The notes under the pieces are model-generated. The model ran no database searches. It was not told the origin of the DNA and was given only the letters and a program-made list of their open reading frames with translations. Of a stretch of DNA of 64,000 nt, positions 26,001-38,899 are shown piece after piece (within the stretch, counting starts at the first letter, position 1; the number at the start of each line of letters is the position of its first letter). Both the position numbers and the translations under genes were made by a program. The stretch comes from Harriotta raleighana (taxonomy: Eukaryota): positions 6,134,248-6,198,247 of the forward strand of contig JBNZDD010013695.1 of NCBI GenBank assembly GCA_050575255.1, read 5' to 3'.

Positions 26001-29000
26001 TGCCTACGTAAAGCTACTCTCAAAAACCAAAGATTTAGTGCTGGTGAGTGGAGTTCTGTTTAGTTCACATTCTGAATCCAAATCTCCTATATGTGCTGGT
26101 TCAATTCAACCTACTGAGAAGTTTTTGATGATTCTTTGCAATTTTGACACCATTTCCTGATATTTATACATTTGTGGAAAAGGGCAAAACCTGTATGTAA
26201 ACACTGAGGAAGCACATGTGTCGCAGTGGGTTTATGGACAAAAGGATCACTAAATAAATATTTGAGAGATGATTTAAAATAGATTGGAAGCCCGAGGAGC
26301 TTGAATATTGGGAGTGATTACAGAAAAACTTAACAGTAGTAGAGCCTGACTCCAGTGGAGTAGTTGGGGGGGGGGAGAGGGGGCGTGCACAAACATGGTC
26401 AAAGCTAGGGATTTAGTGACAGTGTCCAAAGTTTTGGAGCATAGGGGCTGAAAGCGCGACCTCCAATGGTGAGGCAGACGGGTTCAGGGTCCAGGAGTAG
26501 GTGCCAGTAGGTTCATTGTGTAGTTAGGAGATTGGAGGGGTAGGGAGGTGCCAAAGAATCAAGGGATTTGAACACAAGGGTGAGGATCTTTATATAATAT
26601 ATGTATATATACATACACATTTAAAGAATCAGTGAGGCATGTTAACTAACTTGAGCTATATAACAGAATTTGTACCGAGGGCATGGCTTTAAAAGCAGTC
26701 ATTATTAAATGGAGCAGATTTGATGATGTAGGGAAACTGGAGTATCCAATGTGAGTTTCTGGGTGTGTGTCAATAAGTAGTTTGACTGGTTTTGATGACC
26801 TGTGCTTTTATTGGGTAATTTGCCAGCTCTACCTATTATGCTGCAGCAAAAGGAGGAATATCACAGCATTCAAGGGGAAAGAAGAAAAAGCTTGATGCTG
26901 AGGATGCTGGTCAGCTGCCAGGGTGTTGTTCCCCATTGATTTTAAAAGAAATGCTGCTGCTCAGTGCACAAATCTTCTCTCGTTTTGCCTCTTTGAGAAA
27001 GATCTGACATGACAGGTTTCCACAATTCTCAAACTAGAGGAAATTTTACTTCTGGTATTAAAGACCTTTCTCCTGAAAGCTAAGAGAAAGGAAGTGTATT
27101 TCCTGAATAGGCTGCTTTTGACTGGACATTGTTTCTTCAGTGTGAATACTTAGTTAGAGGTGGATTAGCTAAATCAGATCATAGCGTTGCTGGTTCATAC
27201 CTGTCACATTGGTGGGACCAGAAGTACATCTCCAAGGAGTGGAGATACAATCAATTACTGTAGTAACCATTCTCCATGGTAACTGGGGCTGTCACTTCCA
27301 ATGTCTCTTCAGTGCCTCTTGATATGATTTTACTTGCTGAGTACTTGCTCTTCTGATATGAAATGGATGTTTTGTTCCTTAATGTGCCAACATTTTGAAA
27401 ATAATTTTAATGAACACTTTCACTTTTGATGGAGGTGATGACATTTGAGGTTCTTCTCTACAATGTGAGTATTCTTTTGTCTCCAATGAAATAGGCTTAG
27501 AAAAACTATTCATTCTAATTTGGGAATACGCTTTTATTTTTGTAGGAAAAATTCTATGACAAAACCCCATATAGCATCATGTTTGGACCAGACAAATGTG
27601 GTGAAGATTACAAACTGCACTTCATCTTCAGACACAAGAACCCCAAAACTGGCGAGTACGAAGAGAAACACGCAAAACGTCCAGATGTAGATCTTAAAAC
27701 CTATTACTCGGACAAAAAGACTCACCTCTATACACTAGGTACTGCTGAACTAGTCATTGCGTTATCATAAAATTTTTGTTAATCAGCCTCTTCTACCCCT
27801 CTCCTGGAATAGTGGATCTGAATCTCCAACTTGGGGGTACTAGTTTTGCTTTTGTAACTCGTCCAATAGAAGCTTACAGGGAAGCAACATAAGCCAAATT
27901 TCTGTTCTTAGTTCCATTTTTCAGTACAGTTGAGGGTCTTGCTTCCCTGGGGGCTCCAGTGAGCATGGCAGTGGGAAATAATTTTGTATATGTATCTGTG
28001 CCTTTTCATAATACGCATTCAGTTTTTAGAAGGTGGAATGTATGCACAATAAAATTGTTTTCAAATGTGAAAACTTCTACTCATGTGGCATTTTGTTTTC
28101 TTTCTCTGTTCTAGTGCTCAACCCTGACAATTCATTTCAGATTCTGGTAGATCAAACAGTTGTTAACAGTGGAAACCTTCTGGAAGACATGACTCCTCCT
28201 ATTAACCCTGCAGAAGAGATTGAGGATCCTGATGATCAGAAACCAGAAGACTGGGATGAAAGGCCTAAAATTGCTGACCCTGATGCAGTGAAACCTGATG
28301 ACTGGTTAGTAGAGCTTGGGGTATCATGGTGAAATAGATTTGAAATGCAGGTGTGCATCATGTACAACTTCCACTTCAACATAGCTTCAAGGTGGCTTTA
28401 CCTATCGTGCAGATATTACATTTGGTTAGAATTACAATACCTTGGATGTTCCGAGAAGGAATGCACCACTAGCAGCCACTGAGCCCAGAGAAGGGATACA
28501 GCATATGAGATGTATCCCAAGATCTTCAAAAAGCCCAAATGATGCGAGAAGCTGCTGAGTGCTGATCAGAAGACTGGTGGGCTCACTATGTTGAGAATTG
28601 CCAGGCTGGTTACCTTGTAACACTTTGTGTTCATGCTGGAATTTAAACTAGTCAAACATCACTGCAGCGTTTTCTACAACTTGAGATTTAATATGAGTTA
28701 TTGATCGTTTGTTCACAGGGATGAAGATGCTCCTGCTAAGATTCCAGATGAGAATGCCGTGAAGCCTGAAGGCTGGCTGGATGATGAGCCTGAGTATATT
28801 GCTGATCCCGATGCAGAAAAACCAGAGGACTGGTAGGTTCAGTTTAGTTTGTCCTGTATTTAGAGGCTGCACTTACATGGTTTATGAATGTTTTAGTATT
28901 GATTATGTGATTAATATTTTAGCAGGTGATATGCTTCCCTTGTAGAAACCAACTAGCTGTTGCTGCATGATGCCTGGGTCAGTGCGGTGGGTTTAATCCA

Positions 29001-32000
29001 GATGTTGGCTGCCATAACTAGTTTGTACATGACAATCCAGCATCATGTTTACTATTTTCTTAGGTTTTATTTTCTAGTAAGAAAAACTAGCATGTGAAGC
29101 TGCTATTGAATCTGGTGCCAAACTGCACATTAAAATTAGATATGATATGATTTGTTAACTGAAAATCACTCTGCCCATATTTAGTTCCAAGTATAGCCAA
29201 AAACTATAACCAGAAAATCTCTTCAAATCAAATGTGGGGATTCTTTCTATTCTGCTGATTTAGAGCATTATTCAGAACTTGGAACAAAATGCTGCAGTTA
29301 GACATTTCATATTTTCTTATTTAGGGATGAGGATATGGATGGTGAGTGGGAGGCTCCTCAAGTTTTGAATGCGAAGTGTGAAGCTGCTTCTGGATGTGGG
29401 CTGTGGAAAGTGCCGATGATTGATAATCCAGATTACAAGGGCAAATGGAAGGCCCCAATGATTGACAATATCAACTACCAGGTATCATTAGATTTTAAAT
29501 ATATATAGAATAGCATTTAGACCCCTTTAACACAATGTACTGTAAGAAATATATAGATATTCTTGTGTTTCTACAATGAGGTATTTTGATCCAGTCTCAA
29601 TTTACCTTGTTACAGATGCTATAATGCAGATTCTTTCTCTGATCTTGTGTTATCTCCTTCAGTGATTCTTGTATCGAAGACTTAAAAGACTGAATAGTCC
29701 TAACACTTGAGAATTTCCCAGGTACCACAATGAGAGGGAATTTATCGATTTGCAAAGCTTTTAAATTCTTTTACTTACCAGTGAGATTTAGACCAGTTGG
29801 ATGCAGATTGCATCTATACCTTGTCGAACCAAAATGTGTGGCCAAAAAATGAACTCCATTGTGACCTCCCATTTGGCCATGATTGAGGAAAGAAAATGGA
29901 CTTCACGATTAGATCGCCCACAAAACATACAATCAATTTACTTCACAGTATATTTGGTGAAGTGCTTTAAGATGCCTCAAAAATGTAACAAGGTGCTATA
30001 TCAAATGCAATGATTAGTATTGTTAGTACATGACAGTATATTACTTTACCAACTCCTGTCAGATGTTACTTCATGATGTAGCAAAAACTACTATGGTCAT
30101 TGCTGATCAATGGTATTCGTAATTTCAGCTAGATTCTGCCCTCTACTTTATTTAGGGTGTCTGGAAACCAAGGAAGATCCAGAATCCAGACTATTTTGAG
30201 GATTTGCATCCATTCAAGATGACGCCCTTCATGGCTGTTGGTTTGGAGTTGTGGTCTATGTCAGCAGACATCTTCTTCGACAACTTTATCATCACCACTG
30301 ACAAGGCAGTAGCTGACCAATGGGGCAATGATGGTTGGGGTCTGAAGAAAACAGCTGAGGGCGCAGCTGAGGTATGGAGTAAATGCAATTAACAATCCCA
30401 ATATCAAATATTTCAGTTATACAGTAAAAGACCGTTTATCCGGCACCCGCGGGACCTGGCCAATGCCGGTTAAACGACATGCCAGTTAAACGGTCGGATC
30501 CGACGTCGAAACCCCAACACAAAACAAATTAACCTATTTTAACACATACCATATTAATAATAGACCAGTTAATAACAGTTCTTTGTTATTCACGTAAAAA
30601 TTCACCTAAAAATCACCTTTGCTGATAGATGCCTGGTTTGAAGCCATGATGCTGGGATACAGGTGTACAGTCTATTGATAACTTCTGTAGTGGCGGAAAA
30701 AAATGGCACCGCGACTTTAAGGCACTACAAACGGCAAGCCAAAATACCTGTGCAGTGCTCAGGCAACAAATCGATTCATTAAATGTGCTACCGCTATTGT
30801 GCCGGATAATATCCGGTAATCGGATGGGGACTTTTTTTTTGATGTACTGGTCATATGGAAGTTCCGGTTGATCGAGTCACGGATAAACGGGCTTTTACTG
30901 TATTCTTTCAACAACTTTTAAAAGAGAGGTGGATGTTTATTTGGGGAGGACGGGTTTGCAGGGTTATGGGGAGAGAACCGGGGAGTGGGATTGAATAGCT
31001 CTTTTCAAAGAGCCAGCACAAACTGGATGAGCTGAATAGCCTCTTTTTGTGCTGAAAAATTCTATGATTCTCTTCTCACGCTTGCTATTTCTTGGCCTTT
31101 AAAATTTTTTAGTTATGCACTTTAGATCAATTGCCGCTTTTTTTTTCCTACGAGCATATGTTAATTTAACCTTGTCTTGTGTTTGCAGCCTGGAGTAGTG
31201 GGACAACTGATGTCTGCAGCAGAGGAGCGTCCGTGGTTGTGGGTTATATACATTCTGATTGTAGCCCTGCCCGTGTTCCTGGTTATTGTGTTCTGCTGTA
31301 CTGGAAAGGTAGGAAGCTTTATTGTGCAAAGAAGTAAAAGATGATCTGTATAATCTTTCCCCTCCACCCACCCAGCAGAGTTCTTCACCATCAATGTAGT
31401 GCTGCTGTATATGTTCCATTGCTTGATTCGTGGTTTAGGTTTGCAGGTGCAGTTTAAAAAGTTCAAACTACCAATGTCCAAGAATCAATCTCAACACTCG
31501 ACTCTCAAATAATTGAAATGGGCTGAGTCTCTGCATATTTGTTGCATAATATTATCTTGGGTGTTGTCAAGGCAGACATCGACTTCACAGTGAAATGGTT
31601 GCTTCTTGAAGACCTGTCGTGAGACTGCCTAATTAATTAATATAAGGCTGTAAAAAGATTTGTCTGCTTAGTTAGGCTTCTTGTGGGATACGGCTGGTAT
31701 CTTCTGTAAAAGTTGGTTATTGGAGATGTCAGAACTGCATTCCTACTTAACATATTTTGTAGCACGCAAAAAATATGTTTGATCCCGATATTAGAAATAT
31801 AATTTTGTAGGTTTTGTTGAGACAGGTAAATTTTGAGGCATTTCTTGCTCTAGGCAGGTTCAGATTTTGGAGTGCTTATCATTGGACTATAGTAAAACCT
31901 CATTTATTTGGCACCAACGGGACCTGGCCAGTGGTGGTTAAAAAATTATTTTAACACATGCCATATTAATAATAGACTAAATAATAACAGAATATTGTAT

Positions 32001-32516
32001 TAGTACTTTTTTTTACTTAACTTTGCAATCGCAACCCTCACCCGAGGTTAAAAAAAAACGCGACTTTTAAAAGGAGCAGGAGTGATCTCTCTCTCTGTCT
32101 ATGTGTCTCTCTCCCTCTCTGTGGATGTATGTGTCTCTCTCTGTGTGTTTCTCTCTTTGTCTCTGTGTGTGTCTCTCTTGTCTATGCGTGTGTCTCTCTG
32201 TCTCTGTGTGTGTGTATCTCTCTCTCTGTGTCTGTCTGTGTCTTTCTCTCTCTCTGTGTCTGTGTGTGGCTCTCTCTCTCTCTCTGTCCCTCTCTCTCTA
32301 TGTTTCTCTGTGTGTGTCTCTCTCTGTGTTTGTGTGTGTCTCTCTCTCTCTCTGTCCCTCTGTGTGTGTATATGTGTGCTCTCTCTCTGTCTCTCTTCCC
32401 CTCTTTCTCTGTCTAGGTGTCTCTGTGTGTGTTTGTGTGTCTGTGTGTCTCTGTCTCTTTGTGACTGTATGTGTCCCCCTTTCCCTCCCTCTCTGTATCT
32501 GAGTGTGTGTCTCTGT

Positions 32517-32551
<35 letters not shown>

Positions 32552-34076
32552 TCTCTATCTGTGTCTGTGTGTGTATGTCCCTCTCTGTGTCTGTGTATTT
32601 GTGTGTCCCTCTGACCTGTAATTGGCTGCATTTCAACCAAAGCATTGGATCCAGCGCTGCCCAGGGTTCTGAGCATCTCAATTCCCTCTAACCATCTCAA
32701 TTCCCTCTAACCATCTCACCAGTTTAGACCTGCCTAGCGGCCAGCCGCGAATACTGCACCAGTACTCGCTTGCAACAGTCCATTCATTAAATGCGTCATC
32801 ACTATTTGCCAGTTCATCGACTCGGGACTTTTTTCTTTATATGGCGGTTGAACGGGTTTTCCGGTTCATTGAGTCATGGATAAATGAGATTTTACTGTAT
32901 TTGAGTTTGCATTTGAAGCTTTACAGTCACCAGATCTGAGTGCAATATGTTGCTGGACTTCAGGTGAAGTTTGAATTAAAAATCTTTATCATAGAAAGAT
33001 GTTGCTGCTGAGTACAAGAAGACTGATGCACCTCAGCCTGATGTGAAAGAAGAGGAGGAAAAGGAAGAGACGAAAACAAAACTGGAGAAAACAGGCAAGT
33101 TAACCAAGGCTATTTGCAGATTTGGTGTATTTCCTTTTAGCCATATAAGAAACAAACCCCTTCCAATATTGTGCTCAAAGTTTGGCATTCATTGGATATC
33201 GAATGTAAGGATTATCATTATATCTCCTCTGTTATCGGCTTGTGCGATTGGAACCATTGCCAGTGCAACTGTATGCTGGAGGACACTATAGACTTAAGTT
33301 AGGATATGTGGGGAAAGTGGAAATGCTCTTATGATGCATTCCTTACCATCAGTCCTTGTGTAAGCCTACAGAATTTGTGTTCCTTTGTACAACTGCATAA
33401 ATCTAATAATGTTCAGATGATTTTAATGTTTCTGCAGAAGAAGAAAAACAGAATGATGTGGAGGATAATTCTGTAAAAGCAAAACAGGAGGGTGATGAAG
33501 AAGACGAGGGTAAGGAAGAAGAAGAGGAAGGTGAGGAGGAGGAGGAGGAGGACGACGAGGAAGAGGAGGAGGATGAAAAGGGTCAAGGTGATGATCGCAG
33601 TGAAGAGGTAAATTGTTAGAAATACTGTTTTCATTTTGTTTGAAATAGCTCAGGTTAGAAACATAATCTTTAAACTGTCAGCTTGATTCATTCAGCTTTT
33701 GTCATATGATGTATGTCTGCAATGGTAACTTGAATACATCATACAGTGTGACTTTCGTTATGATATGTTTGGTGTAATGTGCAGTCGCAGAAGGGGCATC
33801 CAGCACAGGTTGATGGACACCAGAAGATCTTCTGCAACTGTGCATTAAGTAATGTGGGCAGCCTGCATTTATATTTTGAAAAGGGGCACAGATTAATGAA
33901 GATTGCTTATTCCTTCTAGTTATAATTATGTTGAATGTAGAATAAAAATGAAACTTTAAAAGCTGATGTGATTAATCCTATCTAACATGTGGGCATTTAC
34001 ATCACAGAATAAAGATGATTCATCACCATCGCCAAGGACTAGAAAACAAGGAAAGACTGCAGAAGCACCTCAGTAA
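23078..34076 (+). CDS. CANX: Calnexin (ER lectin chaperone), 14 coding exons, ~613 aa
   Basis: Exons 23078-23233 (signal peptide [15 protein letters not shown]), 23704-23777, 25012-25070, 25399-25540, 25962-26043 ([19 protein letters not shown]), 27546-27738 ([20 protein letters not shown]), 28115-28304, 28719-28832 and 29325-29481 (P-domain KPEDWD repeats), 30156-30371, 31189-31308 (TM + CC), 32995-33094 ([12 protein letters not shown]; GC donor), 33438-33607 (acidic), 34008-34076. The total of 1842 nt is in frame. Confidence 0.97.
30422..30900. mobile_element. Tc1/mariner (pogo/Tigger-like) MITE, copy 1
   Basis: TA|CAGTAAAAGACCGTTTATCCG ... CGGATAAACGGGCTTTTACTG|TA: terminal inverted repeats with a TA target duplication and no transposase ORF. 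Confidence 0.88.
30925..31072 (+). mobile_element. CR1 LINE 3' end
   Basis: GGGTTATGGGGAGAG...AAAGAGCCAGCAC...GCTGAATAGCCTC...ATTCTATGATTCT matches the canonical CR1 tail (ATTCTRTG repeat). Confidence 0.75.
31890..32897. mobile_element. Tigger-like MITE, copy 2, containing a large microsatellite
   Basis: TA|TAGTAAAACCTCATTTAT ... ATAAATGAGATTTTACTG|TA. The internal GGGACCTGGCCA and TTTAACACAT..ATATTAATAATAGAC blocks are shared with copies 1 and 3. Confidence 0.8.
32086..32612. repeat. Compound (CT)n/(GT)n microsatellite
   Basis: About 525 bp composed almost only of CT, GT and CTGT units. Confidence 0.95.
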
Positions 34077-36724
34077 CATCATCCAATAATGCTGAACTTT
34101 TAGGGAGACCACCATGAATGGAAATGTAGGGAGATGAAGTTCTACAGAATTACACGAAACTAGATTGTGCACAAGAAAAGAAAACTCACCACATTGGCCA
34201 AATACTATGTAGACCAGGTCATTGTACGTTTTGAGCAAGGACTGTAATCTGAATGGAAATATACTTTTAAAATGAGTATCCTGCTTTTTGGTAAAAAAAA
34301 AATGCTATACTGTTACAACCTTCAAATCAATTCCAGATATCTGCCAAATTATTTTCAGTCTTGCTAAATAAAATTTAAAAACATTAACTGCCTAATTAAG
34401 ACGATGCTTGAAGTGCGGAACAGGCATTTATTTGTATACTCTACAGACAAAATCCCCAAATGGCTTAACTGAAAAATACAACAGATCAAAATTTCTCTAT
34501 GCATGACAAAAAAATAAATGTCATGTTGTGCAACAAAAGCAGAAATTCCCCAATATGTAAGAATTTGATGTTTGGGAGCAAGGAAGAAGCAAAGAGTAGT
34601 TGGCTATGCTTATGTACCATGCTTGATTGCTTTGCATTTACCTAAATCTTTAATTTCCTAAATCTTCCTGAGGAAACCTGCCAAGTGAAAACTGAGAACA
34701 CTTGTTTCAGTTTTTGTGATGCTGTGTAGTGTTATTGGAGATTAATAATCAGGTAGGCCAAAAAAAGTTTTCCTTTCAAAACAATTAAGTATTTTAGGCC
34801 AATGTCTCAAGGATTGTCCTTTTCTAAATTTTTTGTTTTTCCCCTTTGTGAGTTTCACCAAATTATGTTTAAAGGAACTTTGCTTCAATCTACATTTACA
34901 TTTTTTGTAACACATTGAATTTTCTAACCAATCCCAGTAATTTGAAACATAAATTACTGAATTTTGCAGTTACAATAGCTAATATAAATACATTGTTATG
35001 TAACAGTTACAATGGTATTAGGCCTGTTTTTTCCACCCTTATACAAATTGTCTTTGTATAATTTTGTATGTGTATTGGAATTTGTGGACCTAATTGGTCT
35101 TGTTAACCGAACAGACTAAACCCAACTGTGTTGCCTCTTAATATGTTAACCCACTAGTTTCTGTCCTGCCTATTATATTCTTTTCACTAACCAGGGAAAT
35201 CCAATGCTGGTGTAAGATTGATGTCAATATGTTTTTACTTAGAACAGTTACTATTGTTATCAAAAAAGGACACCATGTAGAACATTAGTCTTTAAAAAAT
35301 CTAGCATTTGCATTCTTTCATATTTCTGCAGTTTAAGGGAGTGATCGCTGAATGCATTACTCGTAAATCTAGAATTTTTTTAAAATATAAAAACCTCATG
35401 GTCGGTTCACTTATGTTTCCTTTCCTGTCTTGTTACTTCATTCCAACTGAATGCAGGGCTATTTTTACATTTAGCACCTATCTGCAGCTCTATTGTTAGT
35501 GATTTTTTGTGTATTTGATCTTCATTTGGGTGTGTTGGATATCTATGTAGACCTAGCCAGGAGTTTCCAAATCCTTCTGAGCATGCCCAGAATTTGGGGG
35601 TACGTTTTGGGCTTGTGCAAGCCTTGTCTATCTAGTTGCTATGAAGGAAATGCTGCAGGTAATACTTGCATTAATTAATTGTTCAGTTGGTTTCCTGCCA
35701 TAGTTTACAATTTACACAGTATAAAAATGCATGATTGAGAGTTGGAAAGCATTTTCGTAGGGTAAGCTATATGGAATTTAAAGGCCATGAAAACCCTTCC
35801 ATTCTGCAGCCTCAATACTATCTGGAGGTTCTAGATTGGGGAATTTGCTTGAATCTGAACCATGTCATTGTGGACCAAGAAATACTTGGTCTATAATGGC
35901 ACTAATTGCAAAATGTTTTAGTACAGATATTGTTCACTGATTGTCACTCAAATGGTTCAAACAATGTTTTTCCTCTCAATAACATGGTTCACAGTTAAGA
36001 AAATTATCATTGCAGTGATGATCACTAGATAAGCAACTTAATATGATTCTGCAGGTGATTAACATGCCAATGATTTGGTGGAATATGCTTTAGTAGAGTT
36101 ATTCCAAGTGAAAATCTTTACTTTTTCAGTCATGAATCTTTTTGAATAGAAGTCAGTTCCAGTTTGATGGTTTATATCTACATTTTCTTGCATTGTATAG
36201 GAAATTCCTGTCTTAGATGATTGCACATAGAGGTTAAACACTGAAGCAAAATAGAATGCACTGAATGCATAGTTTTGTAGTATTTAGCTAGAATATTTGC
36301 ACAAAATTCTAACCAAATCCTATGTAGATATTTGTGTTAATTCAAATAAAGGTTTTAGTTTATTTGGTCAGTGCTCTTTCCACCCCCAACCCGCCCCCTC
36401 CCCCAAAAAAACATTGTGAAATTGTTTAAGTATCCTACTACATTAATTAAACAATTCCTGCTGCTTAGGCACAGGGATGGGGCGGTTGAAAAAGGCCATT
36501 CCACAAATGGAATTGCCAGAATAAGTAACCAATGCAAAACATAAAATCCCCACAAGAAACTTTCTGTAACCGGTCAATCTGGCACTGGATTATTGAATTT
36601 AGATTTTAACTGTTATTGGACTAAAGTCAAACTTCTGTTATTTTTTAAATTCAAAAATGGTTAAAGATCTTCACGCCCAGGTTATATTTTAATAATCATT
36701 GTGTTCAATTTTTCACTAAATAAA
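34077..36724 (+). other. CANX: CANX 3' UTR with several candidate polyA signals
   Basis: AT-rich, transposon-poor tract after the stop, with AATAAA at 34367, 36345 and 36719. The true transcript end is unknown. Confidence 0.5.
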
Positions 36725-38627
36725 TGAAGGCCATTGAAAGTCACCAGTCTTTGAGTGTAGTTGCAGAGAATACTTAACTCCTTGCCCCTAAAATTTGGTG
36801 TACTAATGTCAATCTGATTATTTTTCTCAACATTTCTGCTACATGTTCTTATGCACTGAATTCAAGGTTTTTTTTGCTATCAGTGTTCAATCTGTTTTGC
36901 TGTGTAGGTTGTATGAAAAGATGCATGAGATTCCTATGATGCCCACCTTTTCCTTGATTTGGTTCTTCCATGTCTGGAGCTTCATAGTTTTGATAATTCT
37001 CTTGCCACATAAATGAGAGTCATGGCAAATGCACATTTTCAAAAGCTAGTCATGCAATGCTTCCAATCCCAAACCTATATAAGCCTATATTTCTGTACTC
37101 CCTGATTGCCATTTGAATTCTTTCAAAAATGACTGGGAGTACTAGTTTTGAAATATTACCTCGCATAGATCAGTGTGCTGGCAGCATGATGTAATATAGT
37201 CCAGCAAATGCTTGTCCATGACTTCTGGCAGAACTTCTTTGATCTGCAGGTGGCTGAGGTTTGTCAAATGTGATGAACAATATGGCCAATTCTTTTCTCT
37301 GTTGTGAAGCTTTATAAGCAGCTAGATTTTGAAAATTTGAATATTTGTCACATTGGTAAGTAGGTTGGAGCATTAATCGAAGTTGACTACATCCAATGAC
37401 AACAGAAATGAAAATCGGGTTACTTGGCCTACTTAAAATAGTGTTAATGGCACTAACATTTTACCAGAAAATGCATCTGAATTATTTCACAATTCTAACT
37501 GGATACTTGTGCAAAAACTACAGGTGAATCTTATCCAACAATTATTGTAAACATTTGCCTGTAATTTTTAAATACTGTATTGATGGTGTTAAATGCTGTT
37601 TCTGTACTAGTGTACCATAAAAGATTTCAGTTGTCATTGTGCTGGTATATAACTTATGATGAAAATTAAAATAACAGCTCACTGTGTACCATGCTGGCTA
37701 ATACAGTGTGCTTTTTCCAGAATCTTGCTATTTCAAAATAATTCCAAGCATCTACATAAATGGAAATATCTGAAGATAGATAAAACCAGTGTATTTTGAG
37801 TTGCTCACTGATTCCTTCCTAACTATGTGCTTGATCACTAATTAAATGTTTCCTTTATCGTAATAGCTTTTTTAAATTCGAATTTTATTTGTAAAAAATG
37901 CTTTTGCTACCTTGTGTAAAGTCCACTATTTTGTCCAATGAAATTATCAAATGCATTGATGGGCATTCTATTTTTAACTCATGATTGTGTAACAACATAA
38001 ATGTAATCTTCTAAAGAGAATCTTGAGTTTTGATTATAGTTTTTGGAACATTAGGCAAAATTGGTATTGTTTTCTCATTCAAATTTGTTTTGAGTGCTTC
38101 CCTTGCAGAATTGTAAAATTCAAGATCATGTGATGATAAAATGGTTCCTGTAACTAAAATAATTAAACTGTAGTTGTGTGGACTTTTGATTATCAAACTG
38201 TTTTAGATAATTCAATTAAAACACCCTCGGTGATGGTCCAGGACAGTTAAGATGGACCATTCGTAGTTAGCTGTTGAAATGCAAAATATTACTAGAATGC
38301 TCATATGAATAGGTCCACTTCAATGGACTGTCAGGATCTGGAATTGCTATATGAATGTGATGTTGAAGACTGGGTTAGCTTTGAGCATACTATCCCCGGT
38401 GGGAAAATCACATAGCTGAGGATTAAGGGAGTAGAGGAGGATAGTGGTTAGGGTGACATCACTGCCTTGGACTAGAAGCTGTATCAGTCAGGGTTAGCTT
38501 ACAGGTGAATGGACACTTTTAGTGAAATAAACTGAAAGCGCTGTATTGGAAAATACTCATGGTGGGTGGCGGGGGAAGAGATATGCCTCCTATTGAAAGC
38601 TTCTCATATGTTTATGGCACCTAAAAC

Positions 38628-38862
38628 TCAGCCTGGTGCAGTGGTAACACCCTCACCTGAGTCCAGATGGTTCTGGGCCCCAGTCAATCACATCGTATAA
38701 GATGTCTCTTCAATGTAGGGCTGTGGAGGGGAGTCTGGTCTGCCTATGCAGGTGGATGTTCAAGATCCTAGTTGTGCTATTTGAAAAGGAGGCATTTATC
38801 TCCCGGTGTATTGGCCGACAATCACCCAAATAAAATTAGTAAATGGCTGTTTGTGTGCAAAC
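38628..38862 (+). mobile_element. Degraded Deu-domain SINE (SacSINE1/AmnSINE1-like)
   Basis: A tRNA-like start (GGTGCAGTGGTAACACCCTCACCTGAGTC) is followed by CAGGTGGATGTTCAAGATCC..GCTATTTGAAAAG..TCTCCCGGTGTATTGGCC..GCTGTTTGTG, matching my recollection of the Deu core. Confidence 0.65.
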
Positions 38863-38899
38863 CCTGATCTGAGGTGAACAGACATCTGAGGGGAGAAAG

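Noticed and set aside
32082-32700. Multiple 60-180 aa ORFs on both strands
   Set aside because: They are translations of a CT/GT microsatellite.
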